A program made the position numbers and the translations under genes. DNA of 64,000 bases, taken from positions 640,001 through 704,000 of the forward strand of contig CAVZJB010000011.1 of assembly GCA_963775425.1 (NCBI GenBank), written 5' to 3'. The notes below the pieces were generated by a model. It had not been told where the DNA came from. It searched no databases and was given only the letters and a program-made list of their open reading frames with translations. Within the stretch, counting starts at the first letter, position 1. Each line of letters opens with the position of its first letter. This DNA is from an uncultured delta proteobacterium (GTDB lineage Bacteria > Myxococcota > UBA727 > VGSZ01). Of the stretch, positions 1 through 9,615 are shown piece by piece.

Positions 1-1017
1 GCCGACGTCGAGCTGTGGACGCTCCCCGGGCGCGACGCCGTCGTCATGCTCCCCAAGGGCACCACCTGGTCCGCCTACGTCGCCGCGCTTGAAAAGAGCG
101 GCGCCTTCGCCGACCAGGCCGAGCAGCTCGAGGCGCTGAGCAAGCTCACCGCCAAGAAGGCCGCGCCCGACGCGCGCCCCGCGGTGGGCGTCATCCTCTC
201 GGAGGCGCGGATGCTCGTTCGTGACTTCCACGAGAACACCGAGAACGTCATCCGGCTCGTCGAGGAGATGGGGTGCCGTCCGGTCATCGTCCCTCCCTGC
301 GCCGACATCTGCGTCGCCGGCGGCGCCGACGCTCGCGCCCGCGCCGTCGCGTCCATGGCGTCCACGCTCGACGGGCTCGTCGGCCCCGGTGGCGCCGACG
401 TCAATCCTGCCGTCTACGGCGAGCAGAACACCGGCTCGCTGCAGACCAACCCCTTCCGCGACGCCTTCGAGACCGCCTTCGTCAAGGTCGCCCTCGACTG
501 CGACCTCTTCGCGTTCGGCATCTGCCGCAGCCACCAACTGTGGAACGCGGCCGCCGGCGGGAAGCTCGTGCAGGACATCCAGGACGAGGGCCTCACCTCC
601 GTGAGCCACCGCGACGGGCACCACCCGATGATGGTCAAGCGCGGCTCGATGATCTTCGAGGCCACGCGCCAGCAGGCGTTGCGCGTGAACAGCCTGCACC
701 ACCAGGCCGTCGACTTCGCCGGCTGGGGCTTTCGCGTCGTCGCCAAGGTGAAGGACGAGGGCACGGGCAAGGACATGATCGAGGCCACCGAGCGCTGGAA
801 CGGCATCACCACGCAGTGGCACCCGGAGCTCATGCAGGACGACCCCGCCATGCGCGCGCTCTTTTCCACCCTCGGACGCCGCGCCCACGCCTTCGCCCTC
901 ATGAAGGAGATGGGGCGCCCGTCGGCCGCCGCGCTCCTCGAGCGCATGCGGAGCGATCCCCGCTTCGACGCCACCGACGTCGCCTGGGTCAAGCGCGAGC
1001 TGTCGCGCCGGCTGTGA
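1..1017 (+). CDS. Peptidase C26 / gamma-glutamyl-gamma-aminobutyrate hydrolase (PuuD-like glutamine amidotransferase), 5' partial
   Basis: GPGGADV, FGICRSHQ (catalytic Cys), VNSLHHQAV and QWHPE motifs; the frame is open from base 1, so the start probably lies upstream. Confidence 0.85.
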   Translation, partial: ADVELWTLPGRDAVVMLPKGTTWSAYVAALEKSGAFADQAEQLEALSKLTAKKAAPDARPAVGVILSEARMLVRDFHENTENVIRLVEEMGCRPVIVPPCADICVAGGADARARAVASMASTLDGLVGPGGADVNPAVYGEQNTGSLQTNPFRDAFETAFVKVALDCDLFAFGICRSHQLWNAAAGGKLVQDIQDEGLTSVSHRDGHHPMMVKRGSMIFEATRQQALRVNSLHHQAVDFAGWGFRVVAKVKDEGTGKDMIEATERWNGITTQWHPELMQDDPAMRALFSTLGRRAHAFALMKEMGRPSAAALLERMRSDPRFDATDVAWVKRELSRRL

Positions 1018-1075
1018 GTGGAGCCGGCGGGCCGGTCCTCGATGCGCAGGGGGTCGACGCAGTAGGATGCGGCAC

Positions 1076-1345
1076 ATGAAGACCGTCCTCACGCTCTCCC
1101 TCCTCGCGCTCCTCGCCGGCGCTTGTCACAGCTCGACGCCGGCCGCCCCCGCGCCCGCCTCCGCGCCCGCCGCCGCGCCCGCCGCCGCGCCCGCCGCCGG
1201 CGCCTGCCAGCACACGACGTGCGGCGAATGTGTCGCCGAGGGCGGCTGCTGGTGGCACACGGACAAGAACGCGTGCACCGAGGGCATGCAGGGCTGCACC
1301 GACGGCAAGGACTGCGTGAACAACAACGAGCACCCCTGCCCATGA
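1076..1345 (+). CDS. Small Cys-rich lipoprotein (Pro/Ala linker plus an 8-Cys domain)
   Basis: MKTVLTLSLLALLAGAC lipobox; APAAA repeats; ATGA overlap with the next gene. Confidence 0.75.
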   Translation: MKTVLTLSLLALLAGACHSSTPAAPAPASAPAAAPAAAPAAGACQHTTCGECVAEGGCWWHTDKNACTEGMQGCTDGKDCVNNNEHPCP

Positions 1346-1875
1346 TCACGCCTGCCGCCCTCGTCCTGGCGGTCGCGGTGGCCGGAGGCGGTGGGACGAC
1401 GCCGCCGCCGGCCCCTACCGCCGACGGCGTACAGCCGCGCGCCTACGCCGTCGGCGCCGGCACCGCCATCGGCACCGTCGCCGGCGGCCTCGTCGGCGGC
1501 GTCGCCGGCATCGCGTTGTTCGGCTACGGCTTCCACCTGTGCCTCGAGAGCTGCCCGCCGCCGACGCCCCTCCAGTCCGCGGCGCTGTACGCGTCGCCCT
1601 TCGTCGCCGCCGCCGCCGTCGTCGCCGGGGCCGCCGGCGGCGCCACCGCGGGCGCGAGCGTCGTCGACGGTGACACCGGCGTGGCCTTGCTCGCCGGCAG
1701 CGGCGCGGGCGTTTTCGCGGTCGGCGGCTCCCTGCTGACGGCCCTCGGCGTCATCGCGCTGCGCGTCCCGGACCCCGTCGGCTATGGCCTCCTCGCGCTC
1801 GGGGCCGGCGCGAGCGTCGCCGTGGGCGCGATCGGTGCGCAGGAGGCCTACGAGAGCTTCGCGCCGGGGATGTAG
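1342..1875 (+). CDS. Hypothetical Gly/Ala-rich membrane protein
   Basis: ATG overlaps the previous stop; signal-like N-terminus and several GxxxG-rich hydrophobic segments. Confidence 0.65.
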   Translation: MITPAALVLAVAVAGGGGTTPPPAPTADGVQPRAYAVGAGTAIGTVAGGLVGGVAGIALFGYGFHLCLESCPPPTPLQSAALYASPFVAAAAVVAGAAGGATAGASVVDGDTGVALLAGSGAGVFAVGGSLLTALGVIALRVPDPVGYGLLALGAGASVAVGAIGAQEAYESFAPGM

Positions 1876-1879
1876 CGAA

Positions 1880-1966
1880 CGGAGCGGGAGGGATTCGAAC
1901 CCTCGATACCCTCGCGGGTATGCCGGATTTCAAGTCCGGTGCCTTCAACCACTCGACCACCGCTCC
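1880..1966 (-). tRNA. tRNA-Ser (anticodon TGA)
   Basis: Minus strand reads GGAGCGGTGGTCGAGTGGTTGAAGGCACCGGACTTGAAATCCGG...GGGTTCGAATCCCTCCCGCTCCG: acceptor stem, anticodon loop CTTGAAA, long variable arm, TTCGAA T-loop; CCA not encoded. Confidence 0.95.
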
Positions 1967-2012
1967 GTCGACGGAGATAGCGGATCGAGGACGCGCCTGC
2001 TACCCGTGCCGC

Positions 2013-4460
2013 ATGAGCGAGGTGCAGCTTCGAGGGGGCGCGCGCGCGTTCGGCCGAGCCGGTGTCGCGCGCGCCGGTGCCGCTTCCTTCGTCGCAATCA
2101 TGGCCGCCTGCGCTCCCGCGTCCGTCGACGTCGGAGAGCGCGTGCGCGTGGAGACCGATCCGTTGCGCGTGGTCATCGCCACCGCCGACGGCGGCGAGCT
2201 CGTGCTCCAGGGCGTCCACCGCGGCGCCGACTTCTACTACGAGGAGCCGCAGATCCTGCCCGGGTGGGACGGCTACCGCGAGTCCGTCAAGACGTGGCAG
2301 CTCGTCGAGGGCGCCGACGTCGTCGAGGCCGACGACGCCCACGCCGTCGTCGAGACCGACGGCGGCACGCTCACGGTGCGCGAGGACGGGCCGCGCGTTC
2401 GTTTGTCGTTCGCGCTCGAGCCCGAGACCGCCGGCGTCCCCGCCAAGACGTCGCTCACCTTCGGCATGAGCGGCGACGAGGGCTTCTTCGGCCTCGGCGA
2501 GCGCTTCGCCGAGGTGAACCACCGCGGCAAGGGCTTGTACACCTGGGCCGAGGAGGGCGGGCTCGGCGGCGGCGAGGATCCCGTCGGCGCCGCGGGCAGC
2601 CCGTTCCCCAACGGGCCGTCGATGACGTACTTCCCGGTGCCGTTCTTCCTCTCGAGCGCCGGCTACGCCGTCCACCTCGACACCACCGTGCGCACCGAGG
2701 TCCACCTCGGCGACGAGAGCCCCCGCCACTGGCGCGCCGCCGTCTCCGCCGCCGACTTCGACGTCGTCGTCTACGCGGCGCCGCCGCTGCAGGCGCTCGA
2801 CATGTACACCGAGGACACGGGCCGGCCGATGATCCCGGCGCCGTGGGTCTGGGGCCCGCGCCGCCGCGTCGACGCGCTCGACGACGACGAGTGGCATCGC
2901 TTGCGCGACTCCCACGTGCCCACCACCGGCATCGACGACGCCGTTCACTTCCTGCCGCACCTCTCCCAGGCCGGACGCGAGGACGAGCTGCGCGCGTGGA
3001 CCAGCCGGCTGCACGACGCCGGCTTCAAGGTCATGGCCTACAACAACCCGTACGTGTCGATGTCGGAGGCCTCCGCCGCCGCCGACTTCGGCTTCGGGCG
3101 CGACCACGGGTTCTTCCTCACCGACGACAGCGGCGCGCCCGCGCAGACGTTCTTCATCTCGGGCACGCCCCAGACCCTCGCCACCGTCGACCTCACCGAC
3201 GACGACGCCGTCGCCTGGTTCCAGTCGCTTTTGAAGCGCACGCTCGACATCGGCTACGACGGGTGGATGCACGACTTCGGCGAATACACGGGGCGCGCCT
3301 GGCACGCGCACGACGGCTCCACCGGCGAGAGCCTGCACAACCGCTTCCCGGTGCTGTCGGCCAAGGCCGCCCACGACCTGCTCGAGCGCGAGCGCCCCGA
3401 CGACTACCTCTTCTTCGTGCGCTCCGGCGGCTCCGGCACGCAGGCGTTCGTGCCCGCCGTCTGGGGCGGCGACGCCGAGGCCACGTTCGACGACACGCAG
3501 GGCATCCCGAGCGCGCTGCGCTCCGGCTTGAGCCTCGGGATGTCGGGCGTGCCCTATTGGGGCAGCGACGGCACGGGCTTCAAGTGCCTCACCAACTACC
3601 CGCGCGACAAAGAGGTCTACCTGCGCTGGGCGGAGCTCATGGCGGTGAGCCCCATCATGATGGAGCAGAACGCGTGCAGCAATCCGCTCGACCCCGGCCG
3701 CACCAAGTGGACCCTGTGGAGCGACGAGGAGACCACCGAGACGTACGCCAAGATGGCGCGGCTGCACACGCGGCTGCAGCCGTACTTCGAGGTGCTCGCG
3801 CGCCAGGCGCACGAGACCGGCGTGCCGGTGATGCGCCACCCGTTCCTCGTGCACCCCGACGCCGTCCTCGCGCGCGACGTCGACGACGCGTTCTACCTGG
3901 GGCCCTCCCTGTACGCGCTGCCGATCGTTCGCCGCGGAGAGACCGCCAAGAGCGCGTGGCTGCCGCCCGGCCGGTTCGTCGACCTCGACGACGGCGCGGT
4001 CTACGAGGGCGACGGCCTGCGTGACGTCGTCATCCCCGCGCCGCTCACCAAGCTCCCCTTGCTCGTCGTGGAGAACCAGCTCGTGCCCATGCTCGACGCG
4101 TCCATCGAGACGCTCGGGGCGACGGACGATCCCGCCATCGTCACGCCGGACAAGGTCGCGGACCGGCTCGACGTCGTCGTCGCCCTCGGGCCCGGCGGCG
4201 CCGCCGAGATGACGCTCACCGACGGCACGCTCTTGAGCGCCCACGCGACGGCATCGAAGGTGACGGGGCCGCTCGCCCCCGCGGGCGACGACCTCGAGGG
4301 CTGCGCGCGCTGCTTCGCCGTGGACCGCTTCGGCGACGTCGAGCGCATCCGGGCCAACGGCGCGCTCGCCGCCGACGACACGGTCCTCGTCGACGGCGTC
4401 GAGCTGCGTGCCACGGGCCCGGTGCGGCGCGTGCGCTGGACCGTGCTGCGCATGCCGTAG
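2013..4460 (+). CDS. Glycoside hydrolase family 31 (alpha-glycosidase), probable lipoprotein
   Basis: FFGLGERF, PVPFFLSS, GWMHDFGEY (nucleophile), WGGD, WGSD (acid/base), YLRWAEL and PVMRHPFL motifs. Confidence 0.9.
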   Translation: MSEVQLRGGARAFGRAGVARAGAASFVAIMAACAPASVDVGERVRVETDPLRVVIATADGGELVLQGVHRGADFYYEEPQILPGWDGYRESVKTWQLVEGADVVEADDAHAVVETDGGTLTVREDGPRVRLSFALEPETAGVPAKTSLTFGMSGDEGFFGLGERFAEVNHRGKGLYTWAEEGGLGGGEDPVGAAGSPFPNGPSMTYFPVPFFLSSAGYAVHLDTTVRTEVHLGDESPRHWRAAVSAADFDVVVYAAPPLQALDMYTEDTGRPMIPAPWVWGPRRRVDALDDDEWHRLRDSHVPTTGIDDAVHFLPHLSQAGREDELRAWTSRLHDAGFKVMAYNNPYVSMSEASAAADFGFGRDHGFFLTDDSGAPAQTFFISGTPQTLATVDLTDDDAVAWFQSLLKRTLDIGYDGWMHDFGEYTGRAWHAHDGSTGESLHNRFPVLSAKAAHDLLERERPDDYLFFVRSGGSGTQAFVPAVWGGDAEATFDDTQGIPSALRSGLSLGMSGVPYWGSDGTGFKCLTNYPRDKEVYLRWAELMAVSPIMMEQNACSNPLDPGRTKWTLWSDEETTETYAKMARLHTRLQPYFEVLARQAHETGVPVMRHPFLVHPDAVLARDVDDAFYLGPSLYALPIVRRGETAKSAWLPPGRFVDLDDGAVYEGDGLRDVVIPAPLTKLPLLVVENQLVPMLDASIETLGATDDPAIVTPDKVADRLDVVVALGPGGAAEMTLTDGTLLSAHATASKVTGPLAPAGDDLEGCARCFAVDRFGDVERIRANGALAADDTVLVDGVELRATGPVRRVRWTVLRMP

Positions 4461-4530
4461 CGGGTCGCCGCGGGCCGAGGCCGCCCGCGACGAGGCCGCG
4501 CGCACCGACGGCGCGTGGTACGGTCGCGTC

Positions 4531-5715
4531 GTGGCCAGGAGCGCGCTCGCGTCCCTCGGGACGTCGATCTTTTCGGAGATGACCCGGCTCGCCGAGGAGC
4601 GGGGCGCGGTGAACCTGTCGCAGGGCTTCCCCGACTTCGAGGGCCCGAAGGAGGTCGTCGACGCCGCCGTCGAGGCGCTGCGCTCCGGGAAGAACCAATA
4701 CGGGCGCAGCATGGGCCTGCCCGCGCTCGTGCAGCAGATCGCCGCCCAGCGCGAGCGCGACTACGGCCTCGTCTACGATCCCATGACGGAGGTGTGCGCC
4801 TTCGCCGGCGCCACCGAGGGCATCGCCGCCGCCATGCTCGGCCTGCTCGAGCCCGGTGACGAGGTCATCCTGCTCGAGCCGTTCTACGACGGCTACCCCG
4901 CCACCGTGGCCATGGCGGGCGCCACCGCGAGGATCGTCACGCTGCGGTTCCCGGAGTTCGCCGTCGACGCCGCCGCGCTCGCGTGCGCGGTCACCGACAA
5001 GACGCGCATGATCGTCGTCAACGCGCCGCACAACCCGAGCGGCCGCGTGCTGACGGAGGCGGAGCTGGACGCCGTCGCCCGCGTCTGCAGCGAGAACGAC
5101 CTCGTGGCCCTCACCGACGAGGTCTACGAGCACCTCACCTTCGACGGCCGGAAGCACGTGCCGCTCGCCACGCGCCCCGGGATGCGCGAGCGCACGGTGT
5201 CGTTGTCGTCGACGGGCAAGACCTTTTCCTTCACCGGCTGGAAGGTCGGCTGGTGCACGGGCCCCAAGGACCTCGTGGCCTGCGTGCAGCGGGCCCACCA
5301 GTTCCTCACCTTCTGCGCGGCCACGCCGCTGCACGCGGCCATGGCCACGGCGCTGTCGGCGTTTCAGCGGCCGTTCCTCGACGAGCTGGTGCGCGAGTAC
5401 ACGGGGCGCCGCGACTTCCTCGTGGCCGCGCTGCGCGAGGTGGGCTTCGACGTCAGCGTCCCACAGGGCGCCTACTTCGTCCTCGCCGGCATCCGCGGCC
5501 TCACCGCCGAGGACGACGTCGCCTTCGCGCGCCGCCTCATCGACGAGGCCGGCGTCGCCGCCATCCCCCCGAGCGCCTTCTACGCCGCCGACGTCGACGA
5601 GGGGCGGCGCCTGTTGCGCTTCGCGTTCTGCAAGAGGCCCGAGACCCTCGAGCGCGCGGCGGAGCGCCTGCGCGCGTGGCGCCGCCGCCGGCCGGCGGAG
5701 CGGAGCGCGACGTGA
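4531..5715 (+). CDS. PLP-dependent class I/II aminotransferase (YbdL/DapC-like)
   Basis: AVNLSQGFPDF, GATEG, NAPHNPSG, DEVYEHL and SSTGKTFSFTGWKVGW (PLP lysine). Confidence 0.92.
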   Translation: MARSALASLGTSIFSEMTRLAEERGAVNLSQGFPDFEGPKEVVDAAVEALRSGKNQYGRSMGLPALVQQIAAQRERDYGLVYDPMTEVCAFAGATEGIAAAMLGLLEPGDEVILLEPFYDGYPATVAMAGATARIVTLRFPEFAVDAAALACAVTDKTRMIVVNAPHNPSGRVLTEAELDAVARVCSENDLVALTDEVYEHLTFDGRKHVPLATRPGMRERTVSLSSTGKTFSFTGWKVGWCTGPKDLVACVQRAHQFLTFCAATPLHAAMATALSAFQRPFLDELVREYTGRRDFLVAALREVGFDVSVPQGAYFVLAGIRGLTAEDDVAFARRLIDEAGVAAIPPSAFYAADVDEGRRLLRFAFCKRPETLERAAERLRAWRRRRPAERSAT

Positions 5716-6404
5716 TCGTCGGGAAGGCGCGCATCGAGCGGCTGTGGATGTTCGGCCGGCTCAACAACTTCGGCGAGCAGGTGCTCATCGTGTCGATGCG
5801 GGCGGACGTCCAGGGCGACGCGCTCCTCGTGCTGCCGCTGCCCCTCAAGGCCGGCGGTCGCTGCGCCTTCACCGACCTCTCCGCCTACGACACGCTGTTC
5901 GGCGAGCTCGATCTGTGCTGGGAGCCTTCGCTCGTCATCTCCGACAACCCGCGCCTGCAGGCGGACCTCGAGGGGTCGCTGTTGAACGCGGGGGCGTCGG
6001 CTTCGACGGGGGCGCTGTGGAAGACGCGCGCCGAGCTCACGCGCGCCGATCCCGCGTTGCCCGCCGACGCCTGGGCCGACTACGCCTTCGCTGCCTTTCG
6101 CTTGCCGCCGGGCAACAACGACGTGAAGCCGCTCGCGCTCGTGTTCGAGACGCGGGTGCCCGAGAAGATCTTCTTTCCCACCGCGGACCCGCACAAGCCG
6201 GAGAAGGTGCACGTACACCAGCGCCTCTACGCGCAGGGCTGGATGGCCAAGCGCCTCGAGGGATGGCTCGAGAGCGACAGCGTCGCCGGCGAGCACGTCG
6301 ACGTCGCCGCGACCAGGAGGCTCGTCACCGGGGGGCTGCGGGTGTACCGCTCCGATCGCCGCGGCGAGCGCAAGAACGAGGACGTATGGGTGAAGGTCAC
6401 GTGA
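5712..6404 (+). CDS. Hypothetical protein
   Basis: GTGA overlaps at both ends; natural-looking composition (LVLPLPL, KIFFPT). Confidence 0.7.
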   Translation: MIVGKARIERLWMFGRLNNFGEQVLIVSMRADVQGDALLVLPLPLKAGGRCAFTDLSAYDTLFGELDLCWEPSLVISDNPRLQADLEGSLLNAGASASTGALWKTRAELTRADPALPADAWADYAFAAFRLPPGNNDVKPLALVFETRVPEKIFFPTADPHKPEKVHVHQRLYAQGWMAKRLEGWLESDSVAGEHVDVAATRRLVTGGLRVYRSDRRGERKNEDVWVKVT

Positions 6405-7477
6405 CGCGCAGGCGCCTGTCGACGGCGCGGGCCGGCCTCGCGCTGCTCCTGGCGGCGTGGGTCGGGGCCGGGTGCGATTGCGTGCGGGGCCGCCCGCTGT
6501 CGATGGACTGCATCGACGTCGACGGTCACCGCGTGTGCCGCACGGCGCTCACGCCGTCGGAGAGCGGCGCCGGCATCGACGACGTCTTCACGCTGTTCAG
6601 CGGCCGCGGCGACGACTACGCCTGCCGCCCCGAGAAGGCCGCCGACCTCAAGCACGGCTTGCTCGTGCACCTCGTCGGGACCGGCGACGACCCCTCCGCC
6701 GCCGACGGCTTCGCCGAGCGCGCCTGCGCCGCCGGCTTCGCCGCGGTGGCGCCCATGTACGAAAACAGGAAGGCGTCGCGGCAGGTCTGCGGCGCCCTCG
6801 ACGGCGCCGACGCCGACGCGTGCTTCGAGGCGTTCCACCGTGAGATCCTGTTCGGCGACGGCGCCGTCGACGTCGCCGGCGTGAGCGTCGACGACAACAA
6901 CGCGGTGAGGAACCGCACGCAGAAGCTCCTCGACGCCCTGGCCGGCGACGACGGCGACGCCTTCCCGCCGTGGAAGGACCTCGACAAGGCCTTCGCCGAC
7001 GGCGACATGAGCGCGATGACGCTCTCCGGCCACTCGCAGGGCAACGGCCACGCGCTGTTCTGGGCGCGCGAGCAAGAGGTGGCGCGCGTGGTGCTCCTCT
7101 CCGGCGTCGCCGACGCCATCGGGCTCGGGACGCCTTCGAGCGTGCCGCCGGCCTGGATCGCCGGGTTCCAGGACCTCACCGCCACCGATCCGCAGCGGTT
7201 CTTCTCGTTCGTGCACCAGGATGAGGACGGCCTCACGCCCGTCGACACCGGCAACGAAAACGCCGACGACGCCGGCGTCCCCCCGGTGGAGTGCCTGTGG
7301 CCGGCGAGCCCGCTGCCCGCAGGGTGCCATCGCGTCGTCGTGCGCCCCATGGGCTGCGGCCCCGTCGACGCCCACATCTCCGTCGTCACGCGCACGTGGG
7401 GCGACAAATGCCAGCTCGGCGGCGACGGCCACGACAACGGCCCCACGTGGGAGAGCCTGCTCACCGGCCCCGGCTAA
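6401..7477 (+). CDS. Secreted/lipoprotein alpha/beta-hydrolase (BPSS1187-like)
   Basis: Lipoprotein-like signal (WVGAGC); GHSQG nucleophile elbow; CFEAFHREILFG segment. Confidence 0.7.
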   Translation: MTRRRLSTARAGLALLLAAWVGAGCDCVRGRPLSMDCIDVDGHRVCRTALTPSESGAGIDDVFTLFSGRGDDYACRPEKAADLKHGLLVHLVGTGDDPSAADGFAERACAAGFAAVAPMYENRKASRQVCGALDGADADACFEAFHREILFGDGAVDVAGVSVDDNNAVRNRTQKLLDALAGDDGDAFPPWKDLDKAFADGDMSAMTLSGHSQGNGHALFWAREQEVARVVLLSGVADAIGLGTPSSVPPAWIAGFQDLTATDPQRFFSFVHQDEDGLTPVDTGNENADDAGVPPVECLWPASPLPAGCHRVVVRPMGCGPVDAHISVVTRTWGDKCQLGGDGHDNGPTWESLLTGPG

Positions 7478-7537
7478 TCCCGGCGGACGGCCGCCGAAGG
7501 GAGTGCACGGGCGGCGCGGTTCGTTGTAGACCGCGGC

Positions 7538-8512
7538 ATGGTCGAGGTCGTCGACGTCAACGATCTGTCTCACACCGAGGCCCGCCGCGCGGTGTCGACG
7601 GGTGCGCCGGTGTACCTCTTCGTGAACCCCGTGGAGTTCCACGGGCCGCACCTCCCGCTGCACAACGACGAGCTCGTGGCCCGCGGGCTCGCGCGCGACC
7701 TGCACGCGCGCGCGTTCGACGACGCCGGCCCGCTCCTTGTCGGCGGCCGCCTCGAGATGGGCGTCGACCCGTGTCCGGGTCCGGGGACGCGCGCGTTCTC
7801 GTTCGACGTCGTGAGGGACGCGGTCACGGACGCCTGCGACAGCCTGGTCGACCTCGGCGCGAGGAAGATCGTGGCCATGACGTTTCACGGGTCGCCGCTG
7901 CACGAGCACGCCATCGACGTCGGGCTCGCCGCCGCCCGCAAACGGGGGGCGCGCGCGCTCAACCCGATGAACCTCCTGCTGGATCTCCTCGTCACGGTGG
8001 ACGGGCGCCGCTTCGCGCCTGCGGTCGATCACATCGACGACGCCGCCGAGCGCGCGCGGCTGTTGGAGCTGATGCCCGTGGACTTCCACGCCGGCTTCTT
8101 CGAGACGAGCATGACGCTGCACTACGCGCCGGCGTCGGTGTCGCCGGCGCACGCGGAGCTGCCGCCGTGTGCCGGGCTGCCGCTGGACCCGGTGCTCGCG
8201 CGCCTCGAGCGCGCCGCCCGCGCCATCGGCCGCACCCGTCTCGCCGACGAATTCCTGCTGGCCGCGCGCTCGCAAGGGTGGGGATCCCTGCGGCCGTTCC
8301 CGGGCTACACGTCGTCGCCGCACCGGGCGACGGCGTCCACGGGCGCCTACTTCGCCGGCCAGATCATCGACCTGTACGCGCCCGTGGTGCGCGGGGTCCT
8401 CGACGGCGTGCGCGACGCGCCGCCGCCGGTGATGCCGTGGGTGCTGTGGGCGACGCTCGGCGGCCGCGTCGAGGCGGCGAAGAAGGTGGAGCTTCACGAG
8501 GTGCGGGCATGA
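7538..8512 (+). CDS. Creatininase-family amidohydrolase
   Basis: PVEFHGPHLPLHND, FHG and DFHAGFFETS metal-binding motifs. Confidence 0.85.
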   Translation: MVEVVDVNDLSHTEARRAVSTGAPVYLFVNPVEFHGPHLPLHNDELVARGLARDLHARAFDDAGPLLVGGRLEMGVDPCPGPGTRAFSFDVVRDAVTDACDSLVDLGARKIVAMTFHGSPLHEHAIDVGLAAARKRGARALNPMNLLLDLLVTVDGRRFAPAVDHIDDAAERARLLELMPVDFHAGFFETSMTLHYAPASVSPAHAELPPCAGLPLDPVLARLERAARAIGRTRLADEFLLAARSQGWGSLRPFPGYTSSPHRATASTGAYFAGQIIDLYAPVVRGVLDGVRDAPPPVMPWVLWATLGGRVEAAKKVELHEVRA

Positions 8513-9522
8513 CGCAGGAAGCAGCGAACAAGTCCGCGGCCAAGGCCGTCAAGCCCGATCCGCTCGAGCACGTCGCCATGTTGAGCGGGGTGCCGGCGGC
8601 GTTGCGCCGCGAGCTGGCCAAGACGGCGGTGCCGAAGAACCTCGAGGGCGGCGAGGTGCTCATCAGGCAGGGCGAGCCCGGCGTGCGCATGTACTTCCTG
8701 CTGCAGGGGGAGCTGTACGTCACGCTCGGCGATCCCTCGGCGGAGCCCATCGCGCGCATCCACGCGGGAGAGACCGTCGGCGAGCTCGGCGTCCTCGAGG
8801 GCGGGTTGGCGTCGGCGCACGTGGTGGCCCACGGCCCCTGCGAGCTGCTCGCGCTCGACGAGGAGGCCTTCTGGTCGCTGACGCACAAGTCGCACGCGTT
8901 CGCCATCAACCTCATCGTCAAGCTCGCCGAGCGCTTGCGCGCCAACAACGCCACCGTGTCGGGCAACATCGAAAAGCGCAGGCTCTACGAGCGCGCCGCC
9001 ATGTTCGACGGCCTCACCGGCATCCACAACCGCCGCTGGCTCGACGAGAACCTCACGCGCCTCGTGGAGCGCCACCACCTCGGCGACACGGACGACGACG
9101 GTCGCACGGTGCGCTCGCCCATGGCCGTCGCCCTCATCGACATCGACCACTTCAAGCGCTTCAACGACGGCCACGGGCACGAGGCCGGCGACGTCGTGCT
9201 GAGCGGCGTGGCGTCGGTGCTCGCGCAGAACCTCCGCCCCACGGACCTCGTGGCGCGCTTCGGCGGCGAGGAGTTCGTCATCCTCTTCCCCGACACCGTC
9301 CTCGACGAAGCCAAGGTCGCGTGCGAGCGCGTGCGCCAAGCGGTGGCGGCGGCCACGGTGACGATGCCCGACGGCGCCGCGCTCCCGGCGGTGACCATCT
9401 CGCTCGGCGTGGCGGAGCTTCAGGACAAGGAGGAGCCCCCGGGCATCCTCAAGCGCGCCGACGCAGCCATGTACGAGGCGAAGCGCGGCGGGCGAAACCG
9501 CGTGGTGGCGGCCCCCCGCTGA
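8509..9522 (+). CDS. cNMP-binding domain + GGDEF diguanylate cyclase
   Basis: LIRQGEPG..MYFLLQG..GETVGELG cNMP fold; DGLTGIHNRR, DIDHFKRFND, RPTD I-site, RFGGEEF. Confidence 0.92.
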   Translation: MTQEAANKSAAKAVKPDPLEHVAMLSGVPAALRRELAKTAVPKNLEGGEVLIRQGEPGVRMYFLLQGELYVTLGDPSAEPIARIHAGETVGELGVLEGGLASAHVVAHGPCELLALDEEAFWSLTHKSHAFAINLIVKLAERLRANNATVSGNIEKRRLYERAAMFDGLTGIHNRRWLDENLTRLVERHHLGDTDDDGRTVRSPMAVALIDIDHFKRFNDGHGHEAGDVVLSGVASVLAQNLRPTDLVARFGGEEFVILFPDTVLDEAKVACERVRQAVAAATVTMPDGAALPAVTISLGVAELQDKEEPPGILKRADAAMYEAKRGGRNRVVAAPR

Positions 9523-9528
9523 GCGGCG

Positions 9529-9551
9529 GCCCGCCGGGCAATCCGGCGGGC
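9529..9551 (+). terminator. GC-rich hairpin after the GGDEF gene (possible terminator)
   Basis: GCCCGCCGG-GCAAT-CCGGCGGGC, 9-bp perfect stem; no U-tract. Confidence 0.4.
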
Positions 9552-9581
9552 GTGACGACGACAGGAACGCCCTCCGGGTCG

Positions 9582-9609
9582 TTGACCGGATCCCGCGATC
9601 TGCTAACTC
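9582..9609 (+). promoter_or_regulatory. Putative sigma70 promoter of gyrA
   Basis: TTGACC-16 nt-TAACTC with an extended TG, ending 6 nt before the ATG. Confidence 0.45.
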
Positions 9610-9615
9610 CGGGCC

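Noticed and set aside
1880-1966. tRNA-Ser as an island or prophage attachment site
   Set aside because: No integrase is present and I noticed no duplicated tRNA 3' end in the window.
1920-2012. ORF-track N-terminal extension of GH31 (MPDFKSG...)
   Set aside because: It overlaps the tRNA gene; the ATG at 2013 is the plausible start.
9160-9200. Hypr-type (3',3'-cGAMP) GGDEF
   Set aside because: The specificity position is Asp (GHEAGD), as in ordinary c-di-GMP cyclases, not the Ser of Hypr enzymes.
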